Notes: generated by a model from the letters alone, not told the origin. A stretch of DNA of 64,000 nucleotides from Squalus acanthias (GCA_030390025.1 CM059432.1:113586001-113650000), one strand, 5' to 3'; positions 45,300-59,100 are shown, counted from the stretch's first letter. A program made the numbers and translations.

Positions 45300-48072
45300 C
45301 CAGGATGACCAAGTCTGGGAATTCAACATCCAGGGGTATTCAATATTCAGGAAGGACAGGAAAAAAGGAAAAGGAGGTGGAGTAGCATCGCTGGTTAAGG
45401 AGGAAATTAACACAATAGTAAGGAAGGATATTAGCTCTGATGATGCAGAATCTGTATGGGCAGAGCTGAGAAATACCAAGGGACAGAAAACATTAGTGGG
45501 AGTTGTATACAGACCCCCAAACAGTAATGCTGAGGTTGGGGATGGCATTAAATGGGAAATTAGAGACGCGTGCAATAAGGGCACAGCAGTTATCATGGGT
45601 GACTTTAATCTACATATAGATTGGGCTAACCAAATTAGTAACAATACTGTGGCGGAGGAATTCCTAGAGTGTACACGGGATGGTTTCCTGGACCAATATG
45701 CTGAGGAACCAACTAGAGATCAGGCCATCTTAGACTGGGTATTATGTAATGAGAAAGGATTAATTAGCAATCTTGTTGTGCGAGGTCCCTTGGGGAGGAG
45801 CGATCATAATATGATAGAATTCTTCATTAAAATGGAGAGTGAAGTAGTTGACTCAGAGACTAGGGTCCTGAATTTAAATAAAGGAAACTACGATGGTATG
45901 AAGCACAAGTTGGCTAGGATGGATTGGGGAACGTTACTTAAAGGGTTGACGGTGGATAGGCAATGGCAAACATTTAAAGATCGCATGGATGAACTACAGA
46001 ATTTGTTAATCCCTGTTTGGCATAAAAATAAAACAAAAAGGTGACTCAACCGTGGCTAACAAGGGAAATCAGGGATAGCATAAGATCCAAGGAGAGGACA
46101 TATAATTTGGCAGGAAAAAGCAGCAAACCTGAGGATTGGGAGCAGCTTAGGATTCAGCAAAGGAGGAAAAGGGATTGATTAAGAGGGGGGAAATAGATTA
46201 TGAGAGTAAGCTTTCAGGGAACATAAAAACTGACTGTAAAAGCTTCTATAGATATGTGAAGAGAAAAAGATTGGTGAAGTCAAGCGTAGGTCCCTTGCAG
46301 TCAGAATCAGGGGAATTTATAATGGGGAACAAAGAAATGGCGGACCAATTAAATACATAATTTGGTTCTGTCTTCACAAAGGCGGACACAAATAACCTCC
46401 CAGAGATGTCGGGGAACATAGGGTCTAATGAGAGGGAGGAATTGAATGAAATCAGTATTTGTAGGGAAATGGTGTTAGGGAAATGGTGTTAGGGAAATTG
46501 ACGGGATTGAAGGCCGATAAATCCCCAGGGCCTGATAATCTACATCCTAGGGTACTTAAGGAAGTGGCCCTAGAAATAGTAGATGCATTGCTGGTCATCT
46601 TCCAAAATTCTATAGACTCTGGAACAGTTCCCATGGATTGGAGGATAGCTAAGGTAACCCCACTATTTAAAAAAGATGGTAGAGAGAAAACGGGGAAGTC
46701 TGACATTGGTAGTGGGGAAAATGCTAGAGTCCATTATAAAAGATGTAATAGCAGAGCACTTGGGAAACAGTGACAGGATCGGACAATGTCAACATGGATT
46801 TACAAAAGGTAAATCATGCTTGACTAATCTACTGGAATTTTTTGAGGATGTAACTGGTAGAATAGTGGATGTGGTGTATTTGGACTTTCAGAAGGCTTTC
46901 AATAAGGTCCCGCATAAGAGATTAGCGTGCAAAGTTAAAGCACACAGGATTGGGGGTATGGTACTGTCTTGGATAGAGAACTGGTTGGCAGACAGGAAGC
47001 AAAGAGTTGGAATAAACGGGTCTTTTTCCGAGTGGCAGGCAGTGACTCGTGGGGTACCACAGGGATCGGTGCTAGGACCCCAGCTATTCACAATATATAT
47101 TAATGATCTAGACGAGGGAACTAGATGTAATATCTCCAAGTTTGCAGACGACACAAAGCTGGGTGGGCGTGTGTGATGTGAGGAGGATGCAGAGAAACTC
47201 CAGTATGATTTGGACAGGTTGGATGATTGGGCAGATGCATGGCAAATGCAGTATAATGTGGATAAATGCGAGTTATCCACTTCGGTGGCAAAAACAGGAA
47301 GACAGATTATTATCTGAATGGCAATAGATTGGAAAAAGGGGAAGTGCAACGAGACCTGGGTGTCCTTGTGCACCAGTCACTGAAGGTAAGCATGCAGGTG
47401 CAGCAGGCGGTTAAGAAGGCAAATGGTATGTTGGCCTTCATAGCGAGAGGATTTGAGTACAGGAGCAAGGATGTCTTGCTGCAGTTGTACAGGGCCTTGG
47501 TGAGACCACACCTTGAGTATTGTGTGCAGTTTTGGTCACCTTATCTGAGGAAGGATGTTCTTGCCATGGAGAGAGTGCAGCGAAGATTCACCAGACTGAT
47601 ACCTGGGATGGCAGGAATGACGTATGAGGAGAGATTGGGGCGATTAGGCTTATATTCGCTAGAGTTTAGAAGAATGAGAGGGGATCTCATTGAAACTTAT
47701 AAAATTCTAACAGGACTAGACAGACTAGATGCAGGAAGGATGTTCCCGATGGCGGGGGGAGCCAGAACCAGGGGTCACAGTCTAAGGATAAGGGGTAAGC
47801 CGTTTAGGACTGAGATGAGGAGGAATTTCTTCACCCAGAGAGTGGTGAACCTGTGGAATTCTCTACCACAGAAGGCAGTTGAGGCCAATTCATTAAATAT
47901 ATTCAAGAAGGAGTTAAATATACTTCTTAAGGCTGAAGGGATCAAGGGATATGGGGAGAAAGCAGGGACAGGGTACTGAATTTGGATGATCAGCCATGAT
48001 CTCATTAAATGGCGGAACAGGCTCGAGGGACCGAATGGCCTACTCCTGCTTCTATCTTCTATGTTTCTATGT
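45300..48072 (+). mobile_element. CR1 LINE ORF2 (disrupted) and 3' tail
   Basis: Fragmented ORFs 45496-47979 with EN/RT motifs. Confidence 0.92.
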
Positions 48073-48817
48073 TTACCTTAGAAGCCCCGATCTACTCTGG
48101 TCACCAGCTTCTCTGAAGTGGAACAGACGTTGGAACCCAGAGTCTGTATTGCAGCCGCTTGAGCTTCTATCAAGGGGCAAAGGCTGGTTGCACTGACTCC
48201 TGCTGTGAGGGCCCTGTTGCATTGTCCCTGGAGGTGGCACACACTCCAGGGTACATTTCACTGTTGAGAACCCCGGCAAAAGCACCCCACAGATGGTGGA
48301 AGTGGTCTCCTCCATCCTCCCTGGTATAGTGGACAGAATGGCTCGCAGGACTGCAAACACCTCACAATTTTGTTCTTGTGCCTTCGGTATTCTCCTTTCC
48401 ATGGTGGGCCACTGCAGTTGTATTTCTCTGTCCTGCTGAGCAGAGCTTGGAGAGGACGGTGCCCTCCGGTACGTATTCTCCTCGGCTGACCCTACCACTA
48501 TCTGCTCCTGCTCACTGGTGCTGTGAGACTCACCAGGTGCCAGCTGATCTATCCGACTAACACGCCCACTCGATGTGCCAGTGTCTATGCTGGTGCCTGC
48601 AATGCATGGCGTGTGTGATGGTGCATTCTCAGGAGGGATAATGTCCTCTGAGGAGTCTTCTTCCTTGCTGGGCAGGGGCTCATGTCCTTCATGGGAGGGC
48701 CCTGGAGGAAAGAAGAAAGGTTGAAGATTTAATGATGGTAGTTAGAAAATGTAAATGTGCACATGAAACACTAGACCATAGTGGTTGATGTGTTGATGTT
48801 GGCTGAAGGTACAGTTG

Positions 48818-51032
48818 GTTGACATCAGTCGTCGGGAAAATGGTGGAATTCATTCTTAAGAAAATGGTAACAGGGCACTTAGAAAATCATAACATGATTA
48901 GGCAGAGTCAACATGGTTTTATGAAAGGCAAATCATGTTTGACAAATTTATTAGAGTTTTTGGAGGATGTAACTAGCAGGGTGGATAAAGGGGAACCAGT
49001 GGATGTAGTATACTTGGATTTCCAAAAGGCATTTGCTAAGGTGCCACAAAAAAGATTATTACACAAGATTAGGGCTCATGGGGTTGGGGGTAATATAGTA
49101 GCATGGATAGAGGGTTAGTTAACGGACAGAAAACAGAGAGTAGGGATAAACGGATCTGTTTCAGGCTGGCAGGCTGTAACTAGTGGGGTGCCGCAAGGAT
49201 CAGTGTTGGGGCCTCAGCTATTCACAATCTATATTAATGACCTAGATGAAGGGACCGAGTGTAATGTATCTAAGTTTGCTGATGATACAAAGCTAGGTGG
49301 GACCCTAAGCTGTGAGGAGAACACAAAGGGCTCGAATTTCCAAGCCCCGTGGAGGCGGGAGTGATGGGAAAATTGCAGATTTGGGGGGCACGTACCCATC
49401 CCGCCCCCAACCCGCCTCCATGCCAATGTCCCAGGAGGTGGGTACCCGACCTGTGCTGGGAGCCGCCTCCCCGAGGCGGGAAGGGATTAGTGCCAATTAA
49501 CTGCCCGTTAACAGGTAGTTAACAGGCAGTTTTTTTGGCTAATCCCTTTTTTTAGCCCTGAAGTGTGGGCTGCCCGACGGCTCCAAACCACACCAAGTTA
49601 GCGAGGCGGACCGTCTGTCTGCAGGGCTTGGAGGGGTCGAGATGTCCGGTGTACAGGTGAGTGATGGGTGCATGAGTTCAGAGGTAAGTGTGTTTGGTGT
49701 GTGTAAAGTGTTTTAATAAGTTTTACTTGCCTTTACTTTCTCCTCCAGGCTTCCTCCCTTCAGTTCTCGGGAGTCCCTCAGCTCACCGGCACAGAAAGCA
49801 AAATGTCCGCTGAGCTGTAAAAAGCTGCAGCCTCTGCTTTCTGGTCTGGAGAGCTCTCTAACTGAGTCTGAGTAGAAGGACTCAAGTTAGAAGACAGATT
49901 GTCAGTGTTTGACAGCTTCACAGAGCTGTCAAACACTGATATTTCATCTGTCAAAAGCTCTTGACAGATGAAATGTCAATCGCTGACGTCACCAGTATCC
50001 AGTAATTGGCCTGCTGAGCCCGCTGGGCGGGCTTAACAAGGTCAATCAAGGGAAAGTAGCGTGGGTTGGCCACAAATCGATGGAGGCGGGACTACAACCC
50101 AAAAAGTGGGAGTCCCGCCTCCATCACGTTCTCATTGACAAAAATGAGCACTTAGAGCCTGCAAAGGGATATAGATAGACTAAGTGAGTGGGCAGTAAGG
50201 TGGCAGATGGAGTATAATGTAGGAAATGTGAGGTTATTCACTTTGGTAGGAAGAATAGAAAAACAGAATATTTTTTAAATGGTGAGAAACTTTCAAATGT
50301 TGGTGTTCAGAGAGATTTGGGTGTCCTCGTGAAAGAAACACAGAAAGCTAGCAAGCAATAAGGAAGGCAAATGGCATGTTGGCCTTTATTGCAAGGGGTT
50401 GGAGTATGAGTAAGGAAGTCTTGCTACAATTGTACAGGGCCTTGGTGAGACCACACCTGGAGTACTGTGCACAGTTTTGGTTTCCTTATCTAAGGAAGGA
50501 TATACTTGCCTTGGAGGCGGTGCAATGAAGGTTCACTGGATTGATTCCTGGGATGGGAGGGCTGTCCTATGATGAGAGATTGTGTAGAATGGGCCTATAC
50601 TCTCTGGAGTTTAGAAGAATGAGAGGTGATCTCATTGAAGCATACAAGATTTTGAAGGGGATTGACAGGGTAGATGCTGAGAGGTTGTTTTTCCTGGCTG
50701 GAGTGTCTAGAACTAGGGGGCATAGTCTCAGGATAAGGGGTAGGCCATTTAAGACTGAGATGAGGAGGAATTTCTTCACTCAGAGAGCTGTGAATCTTTG
50801 GAATTCTCTGCCCCAGAGGGCTGTAAATGCTGAGTCTTTGAGTATATTCAAGACTGAGATAGATAGATTTTTGGACTCTAGGGGAATCAAGGGATATGGA
50901 GATCGGGCAGGAAAGTGGAGTTGAGGTCGATGATCAGCCATGATCTTATTGAATGACGGAGCAGGCTCGAGGGGCCATATGGCCTACTCCTGCTCCTATT
51001 TCTTATGTTCTTATGTTCTTACGTTCTTATGT
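48818..51032 (+). mobile_element. CR1 LINE RT-3' end, interrupted by a MITE
   Basis: RT motifs 48819-49327, resuming at ~50154, then tail with (ttcttatg)n. Confidence 0.9.
49328..50153. mobile_element. MITE-like insertion
   Basis: Splits CR1 at gaacacaaag|agcctgcaaagg. Imperfect TIRs GGGCTCGAATTT / AAAATGAGCAC and internal hairpins. Confidence 0.7.
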
Positions 51033-51493
51033 TGTGGAAGATGAGAGGGTGTTTAAATCCAGCACCCTCATCTGCTGATCCTCCAACCTTGCCATCACCA
51101 GTGCTCAGAGGTGCTGCTCATTTCCAGGGCCTCCTCCTTACTGGGCCACTTCCACAGCTCTGACGATCCTCCGCTGGTACTGGCCCTCTCCCTGGAATTC
51201 TGTACTCTCTTCCCCTGCAAAAGGGATGGGCCAGCCTTGTGTGTGGCTAGCAAGGATGTGTGCTTCTTCTGCATGTGATGCATAAGGCCAAAGGGAGAAT
51301 CAGGCAGATGTTATAGGAGTGAGGATGTCATGCATTTGCGGAAAGTGGCTACAGTGTGAATTGCGGAGGTTTGCCGAGAGTGGGTACAGGTTGAGCAGCT
51401 CAGAGGAGATGAGATGAGGATGGGGTTATTGGCAGCAGTGAAAGGAAGAAGTGGCAGGTGAGCGTGTGTAAGGAGTGAGGATGAGAGTTGGTG

Positions 51494-52811
51494 TAACAAC
51501 AGAAAATGCCGGAAACACTCAGCAGGTCAGGCAGCATCTGTGGAGAGAGAAACAGAGTTAACGTTTCAGGTCGATGACCTTTCGTCAGAACTGGAAAAAG
51601 TTAGAGATGTAACAGATTTTTAAGCAAGTGTAGGGGCAGGGAAAGTGGGGAGGGGAGGAAAGAACAAAAGGGAAGGTCTGTGATAGGGTGGAAGGCAGAA
51701 TGGCAATGGCAGGATCATCAACAGCTGCCATGTGAGAAAAAAAAATAGGGGCTGAGGTTATAGTCTGAAATTGTTGAACTCGATGTTGAGTCCAGAAGGC
51801 TGTAAAGTGCCTATTCGAAAGATGAGGTGCTGTTCCTCGAGCTTACGTTGAGCTTCATTGGAACAGTGTAAGAGGCCGAGGATGGAGAGGTCAGAGTGGG
51901 AGTGGAGCGGAGAATTAAAGTGACAGGCGACCGGAAGCTCGGGGTCACGCTTACGGACTGCACGGAGGTGTTCCGCAAACCGGTCACCCAATCTGCATTT
52001 GTCTCCCCAGTGTAGAGGAGACCACATCGTGAGCAGTGAATATAGTATACTAAATTGTAAGAATTACAAGTAAATCGCTGTTTCACCTGGAAGGAGTGTT
52101 TGGGGCCCTGGACGGTGGGAAGGGAGGAGGTAAACGGGCAGGTGTGGGAGGTAAAAGGGAGGTAAAAGGCTCACGATGCGGTCTCCTCTACATTGGGGAG
52201 ACCAAATGCAGATTGCAGATCACCTCCGTTCAGTCCGTAAGCGTGACCCCGAGTTTCCGGTCGCCTGTCACTTTAATTCTCCACTCCACTCCCACTCTGA
52301 CCACTCTGTCCTCAGCCTCTTACACTGTTCCAACGAAACTCAATGTAAGCTCGAGGAACAGCACCTCATCTTTTGATTAGGCACTTTGCAGCCTTCTGGA
52401 CTCAACATCAAGTTCAACAATTTCAGACCATAACCTCTGCCCCTATTATTTTATTTATTTATTATTTTTTTCTCTCACATGGCAGCTGTTGATGATTCTG
52501 CCATTACCATTTACACCTCATCGAGATTCATCTTTTGTTTCTTAACTTGTCCCCATTACCATCTCCTTTTGCCTTGCACCATCATCCCTTTTGTCTTTTA
52601 ATCTCACCTGTCTTCCACCCTATCACAGACCTTCCTTATGTTCTTTCCTCCCCTCCCCACTTTCCCTGCCCCTACACTTGCTTAAAAATCTGTTACATCT
52701 CTAACTTTTTCCAGTTCTAGCGAAGGGTCATCGACTTGAAACGTTAACTCTGTTTCTATCTCTACGGATGCTGCCTGACCTGCTGAGTGTTTCCAACATT
52801 TTCTGTTGTTA
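51494..52811. mobile_element. inverted pair of Penelope-like 3' ends (second family)
   Basis: 51494-52140 (-) and 52170-52811 (+) are reverse homologues with GIY-YIG remnants (LVYYIHC..CGLLY.GET) and hammerhead tails. Confidence 0.88.
51556..51592 (-). ncRNA. minimal hammerhead ribozyme-like motif
   Basis: AGTT-CTGACGA-A-AGGTC(atc)GACCT-GAAA-CG-TT-AACT: intact core, stem I AGTT/AACT, stem II and palindromic ACGT stem III. Confidence 0.75.
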
Positions 52812-53740
52812 AGGCAGTTAGAACGTTGGCTAAGTTGAAGAAGTTATGAATGGCGTATTTCCGGGATGCACATTATGTTGTCTCCGAAGGAATAACAGTT
52901 CCTGAGAATGTAGGAATGAGATCTGTTTAAAGGGCTCAAGACTTTATTTCTTTGAAGACTCTGAGTTAAGTTTTCTCAAATTCTATTTTTAAATAGTTAA
53001 CCATTACGTACAATAAAAAGAAAAGGGTGTATATTGTGAAAGATTAAAATGTATTTCTATACTCGAAGGGTTAGTACTGTTGGCCGCAGCCATTCTTTGT
53101 GGTTCAGTATATTAACTTGTTTTACAACTGAGGTTGTTAAGTAGATGGTTGCTTATTGCTCTTTGCAAAGATCCACTGGAGATCCAACTAAGCAGATGAT
53201 GTAGACTATTAAAGCACTTAAGAAACATGCCGCAGAAACTGTGTACAATAGAAAAGTACAAAAATTTGCTCTGTGGTATCTAAAAGGTTATGTCTGAGCT
53301 ACAGAGTTTCAGTTTGCATTTTGCCTCCCTTCTTTCTGGAAGGCTGCTCCCGCGAGGGTGCAATTCTATGGCCCTCTGCTACCTCACTCGAGGAACTATT
53401 CCTCATGTCACTTCACAGTGATGCTTGGCAGCTTATTCAATTCTTAAATATTGTATGCTGTTGGTCTGTCAGATGTTTTCATCTAATTAAGAGAGGATGA
53501 CTATAACTGACAAAGAAATGAAAACTGTAGAAGACTTTCTTAATCAATAGAAAGGCATATAAAATCTAATGTAATGATAAAATTGTTATTTCCTCTATCA
53601 CAGTACGTGCAACAATACGTAGTTGGGTTGTGACTATCGGCAGTCTATTCAACTACTGCAGCAAGCTCCTGTGCTCACTGGACATCCACACATGCATACT
53701 GGTCACAAGAGGACTAGATACCGAGTTTGAGTGATGGTTT

Positions 53741-54207
53741 GAACATAAGAACATAAGAACATAAGATGTAGGAGCAGGAGTAGGTCATTTGGCCCCTCGA
53801 GCCTGCTCCGCCGTTCAATAAGATCATGGCTGATCTGATCTTGGCCTCAACTCCACTTCCTTGCCCGCTCCCCATAACCCTTCACTCCCTTACCTTTCAA
53901 AAATCTGTCTATCTCCACCTTAAATATATTCAATGACCCAGCCTCCACAGCTCTCTGGGGAAGAGAATTCCAAAGATTCACCACCCTCTGAGAGAAGAAA
54001 TTCCTCCTCATTTCCGTTTTACATGGGTACCCCCTTATTCTGAAACTATGCCCCCTAGTTCTAGATTTCCCCACGAGGGGAAACATTCTCTCTGCATCTA
54101 CTCTGTCAAGCCCCTTCAGAATCTTATATGTTTCAATAAGATCCCCTCTCATTCTTCTAAACTCCAATGAGTATAGGCCCAACCTGCTCAACCTTTCTTC
54201 ATAAGAA
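53741..54207 (-). mobile_element. CR1 3' fragment
   Basis: YEERLSRLGLYSLEFRR...WS plus tail. Confidence 0.9.
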
Positions 54208-54227
54208 ACTTGTATCTGCTTGTTATT

Positions 54228-54325
54228 CAACAACAACAACAACAACAACAACTTGTATTTATAGAGTGCCTTTAACATAGTAAAACGTCCCAAGGCACTT
54301 CACAGGAATATTATAAGACAAAAAA
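54228..54325 (-). mobile_element. L2 3' tail with (caa)n
   Basis: Matches the L2 tail at 32025-32100. Confidence 0.7.
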
Positions 54326-55257
54326 ATTCTTCAGTAGAAGCAGCCTCTCATATCAAGATGTATTCATATCTGCGGGAAAACACAATGCTTGCCTCAGAAT
54401 TGCGCTTTCCTGCACAAAACATCACTTTTAAATCCCGCTGTTTCTGAATGTCAGTAATTTTAAAGCTGTCTTAGCACAAGTCAGAACATGGCTGACTTGG
54501 CATTAAAGTTCTTTTACATAGTATTAATACACCATTGCATTTTCAGAAATGGGTTTAAGTTGACAGCAAATGCTTGCTATATTAATTGATTCTTGACACC
54601 AAGGGTTTCTTTTAAAAAATAAATGTCAAAAGAGGTATTTAATAGGCAGTTCTTCTTAAGGCAGTTAGAACTATTGGCTAAGTAGGAGAAGTTATGGGTG
54701 AAATTTTTTCATGATCCACATTATGGTCCCTCTTAAGGAATAACAGTGCCTGCGAATGCAGGAATAGGATCTCTGTAAAGGGCTTAAACCTTTACTTAGT
54801 TGTCGGTGGAGGATTTAAAGGATTCTGTGCGTGAAGATTTGGAAAAGCAAAACTTGTTAAAGGGTGGTCTGCATGGATACAAATAGTGGTCACGATTAAT
54901 TATCCTGCTGTTAAGAAATTACTGATGTCATGGACAGAGAAAATGCATTATATGGTTGAATTTTCAGAAAGATTTTGGCAGGCAAGGGCCCTGATAAGGA
55001 GTTACTGTACGAGGTAAAGATATGGTGCTAAATTGCTTTAAAACCAGGGAAAAAAAGGATTTCTATAAAAGGGAAATATTCAGGCTGGATGGAGGTTACA
55101 AGAAAGGCACCCTGATTGTTTTGGCACCCTTGCTATTTTAATATATAGAAATTACTCTGCTGGGGGGTATTCTAATGAAAATGTAAGTTTGTGAATGATA
55201 CCAGACGAAGAGGTTCTGCTGATAAACAGAAACTATGCAAACCGATTTAGAAATAGT

Positions 55258-55448
55258 AAAGGGGTGAAATTGTTCTACGCCAGTAGCACTAAAGGGGCTT
55301 TTAGAGAATCAGAGGCCCTTATACACCGCACCTGATTCCCTTTCCATAGACTTCAATGGAAAAGAATATTGTGTGCGGTGTACAACGAGCTGCCAATTCG
55401 CGATGAGCCTGTTCCGTGCGATGGCCGAGCACCAATTTCAGCCCTTTT
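55258..55448. mobile_element. short TIR element
   Basis: AAAGGGGTGAAATTG / CAATTTCAGCCCTTT inverted termini. Confidence 0.55.
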
Positions 55449-56119
55449 AGGTAACTAGGTCAACCAGTGACAGATGCGATCTGAAACAGTCTTACATTAT
55501 GAAGGTTTGGAAGAGATCTACAGGTTATTGTGGACAAATCTATAAAACCATCAGCCCATTGCTTGGCTGCAGTAAAAAAAAAAGGCTGATAGGCCGCCGC
55601 AGACTAGATGGGCCAAATGGCCTCCTTCTGTGCTGCACTATTCTATGATTCTAGGTACGGTTAGGATCAATCAAAAAAGAACAGGTTCGTTGGGGCCAAT
55701 GACGTTTCCAATTCTTAAAAATGCTTATGGGAATAGATTCCAGAAGGGGAGCAGGAATATGAACAGTTGGACACCCAATATTTTTGCTGTTCTTGGATGG
55801 CCAAGCATATTGCATTGCGGGGAGCCACGAGCCCCAGCAGATGAATGTACTTGCTCTGTAATAAAGTGAACCTTTGGTCTACATAAGCAGAGATCCAGGA
55901 CCCCAGATCACACTGGGCGATCCACAATACAACCCACACAAATTCTTTTCGATGTGCGGTATCTAAATATCACACTGGGACGAGGGAGAAAGAACTGCAA
56001 CAGCCTGACACAATGGCCTCGATTGTTATGGGGTGGGGTGGGTGCGGGAAGGGCGCCCGGTAGCAGTTGATGAATCCGGCAAGGCCGAGGACGTGGAGAT
56101 CCCTGCCATTTTAACGGCA

Positions 56120-59100
56120 GGGGATCGGAGGGGGGAGAGGAGAGGGAATCGGAGGGGGAGGAGAGGGCGTCGGAGGGGGAGGAGAGGGGATTGGAGGGGG
56201 AGGTGAGGTGATCGGAGGAGGAGAAGAGGGGATTGGAGGGGGAGAGGACAGGGGATCGTGGGGGAGAGGAAAGGGGATCGGGGGGAGAGGAAGGGGATCG
56301 GGGGGAAGAGGAGAGTGAATCGGGGGGAAAGGACGGGGGATCGGAGGGGGGAGAGGAGAGGGGATCGGGGGGAGAAGAAAGGGGATCTGGGGGGAGAGGA
56401 AAGGGGATCGGAGGGGGGAGGAGAGGGGATCGGGGGGAAGAGGAGAGGGGATCGGGGGGTAAGAGGAGAGGGGATCGGAGGGGGGAGGAGAGGGGATCGG
56501 GGGGAGAAGAAAAGGGATCGGGGGGAGAGGAAAGGGGATCGGGGGGAAGAGGAGAGTGAATCGGGGGGAAAGGACGGGGGATCGGAGGGGGGAGAGGAGA
56601 GGGGATCAGAGGAGGGAGAGGAGAGGGGATTGGAGGGGGAGAGGGGATCGGGGGGGAGAGGAGAGGGGATGGGGGGGAGAGGAGAGGGGATCGGAGGGGG
56701 GAGAGGAGAGGGGATCGGTGGGGGAGAGGAGAGGGGATCGGAAGGGAGAGGAGAAGGGATCGGAGGGGGAGAGGACAGGAGATTGGAGGGGGAGAGGACA
56801 GGGGACCGGAGGAGGGAGAGGAGAGGGGATCAGAGGGGGAGAGGGGATCGGGGGGGGAGAGGAGAGGGGTTCGGAGAGGGAGAGGGGATGGGGGGGAGAG
56901 GAGAGGGGATCGGAGGGGGAGAGGTGAGGGGATCGGAGGGGGAGAGGAGAGGGGATCGGAGGGGGAGAGGAGAGGGGATCGGAGGGGGAGAGAGGAGAGG
57001 GGATCGGAGGGGGAGAGGACAGGGGATCGGAGGGGGAGAGAGGAGAGAATATCGGAGGGGGAGAGGAGAGGGAATCGGAGGGGGAGAGGAGAGGTGATCG
57101 GAGGGGGAGAGGAGAGGTGATCAGAGGAGAGGAGAGGAGGGGGGAGAGGAAAGGGAATCGGCAGGGGAGAGGAGTGGGGATCGGAGGGGAGCAGAGATGG
57201 GGGAGAGGAGTGGGAATCGGGGGGGGAGAGGAGAGGGTATCGGAGGGGAGAGGACAGGTGATAGGAGGGGGAGAGAGGAGAGGAGATCGGAGGGGGAGAG
57301 GACAGGGGATCGGAGGGGGAGAGAGGAGACGGGATCGGTGGGGGAGAGGAGAGGGGATCAGAGGAGGAAAGGAGAGGTGATCGGAGGGGAGAGAGGAGAG
57401 GGGATCAGAGGGGAAGAGGAGAGGGGATCGGAGGGGGGAAGAGAGGGGATCGGAGGCGGGAGGAGAGGGGATCGGAGGGGGGAGGAGAGGGGTCGGAGGG
57501 GGAGAGGAGAGGGGATCAGAGGGGGAGAGAGGAGAGGGGATCGGAGGGGAGGGAGGAGAGGGGATCGGAGGGGGAGAGGAGAGGGGATCGGAGGGAGAGA
57601 GAGGAGAGGAGATCGGAGGGGAGGGAGGAGAGGGGATCGGAGGGGGAGAGGAGAGGGGATCGGAGGGGGGAGGAGAGGGGATCAGAGGGGGGAGAGGAGA
57701 GGGGATCAGAGAGGTGGAGGAGAGGAGATTGGAGGGGAGAGAGGAGAGGGGATTGGAGAGGCAGAGGAGAGGGGATCAGAGGGGGGAAGAGAGGGGATCG
57801 GAGGGGGGAGGAGAGGGATCGGAGGGGGGAAGAGAGGGGATAGGAGGGGGGAGGAGAGGGACTCGGAGGGGGGAAGAGAGGGGATAGGAGGGGGGAGGAG
57901 AGGGGATCGGAGGGGGGAGGAGAGGGGATCGGAGGGGGAGGAGAGGGGATCGGAGGGGGGAAGAGAGGGGATAGGAGGGGGGAGGAGAGGGGATCGGAGG
58001 GGGGAGGAGAGGGACTCGGGGGGGGGAGAGGAGAGGGGTTGGAAGGGCAGAGGAGTGGGGAACGGAGGGGGGAAGAGAGGGGATCGGAGGGGGAGGAGAG
58101 GGGATCGGAGGGGGCGAGATGAGGGAATCGGAGGGGGTGGAGAGGGGATCGGAGGGGGTGAGAGGAGAGGGAATCGGGGGGAGAGGAGAGGAGATCGGAG
58201 GGGAGAGGACAGGGGATCGGAGGGGGGGAGGAGAGGGGATCGGAGGGGGAGGAGAGGGGATCGGAGGGGGAGGAGAGGGGATCGGTGGGGGAGGAGAGGG
58301 GATCGGAGGGGGGGAGGAGAGGGGATCGGAGGGGGAGGAGAGGGGATCGGAGGGGGAGGAGAGGGGATCGGTGGGGGAGGAGAGGGGATCGGTGGGGGAG
58401 AAGAAAGGGGATCTGGGGGGAGAGGAAAAGGGATCGGAGGGGGGAGGAGAGTGGATCGGGGGGAAGAGGAGAGGGAATCGGGGGGTAAGAGGAGAGAGGA
58501 TCGGAGGGGGGAGGAGAGGGGATCGGTGGGGGAGGAGAGGGGATCGGTGGGGGAGGAGAGGGGATCGGTGGGAGAGGAGAGGGGATCGGGGGGAGAGGAG
58601 AGGGGATCGGGGGGAAGAGGAGAGTGAATCGGGGGGAAAGGACGGGGGATTGGAGGGGGGAGAGGAGAGGGGATCGGAGGGGGAGAGGAGAGGGGATCGG
58701 AGGGGGAGAGGGGATCGGGGGGGAGAGGAGAGGGGATGGGGGAGAGGAGAGGGGATCGGAGGGGGGAGAGGAGAGGGGATTGGAGGGGATCGGAGAGGGT
58801 GAGGGGATCGGTGGGGAGAGGAGAAGGGATCGGAGGGAGAGAGGACAGGGGATCAGTGGGGGAGAGGAGAGGAGATCGGAGGGGGAGAGAAGCGGGGATC
58901 GGAAGGGAGGAGAGGAGGGGGGAGAGGAGAGGGAATTGGCGGGGGAGAGGAGTGGGGATCAGAGGGGCAGAGGAGAGGGTATCGGAGGGGGAGAGGAGAG
59001 GGGATCGGAGGGGGGAGAGAGGAGAGGGGATCGAAGGAGGGAGAGGAGAGGGTATCAGAGGAGAGTGGAGAGGGTATCGGAGGGGGAGAGGTGATCGGGG

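Larger units (their letters stand above)
48073..51490 (-). pseudogene. probable Harbinger-type Myb/SANT-like gene remnant (exons split by a CR1)
   Basis: Acceptor tcccttttgcAG precedes GKRVQNSRERASTSGG (RERxxTGGG-like) near 51217. A second acceptor ttcttctttcctccAG (48703-48702) opens a ~209-codon stop-free frame to 48073. Confidence 0.4.
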
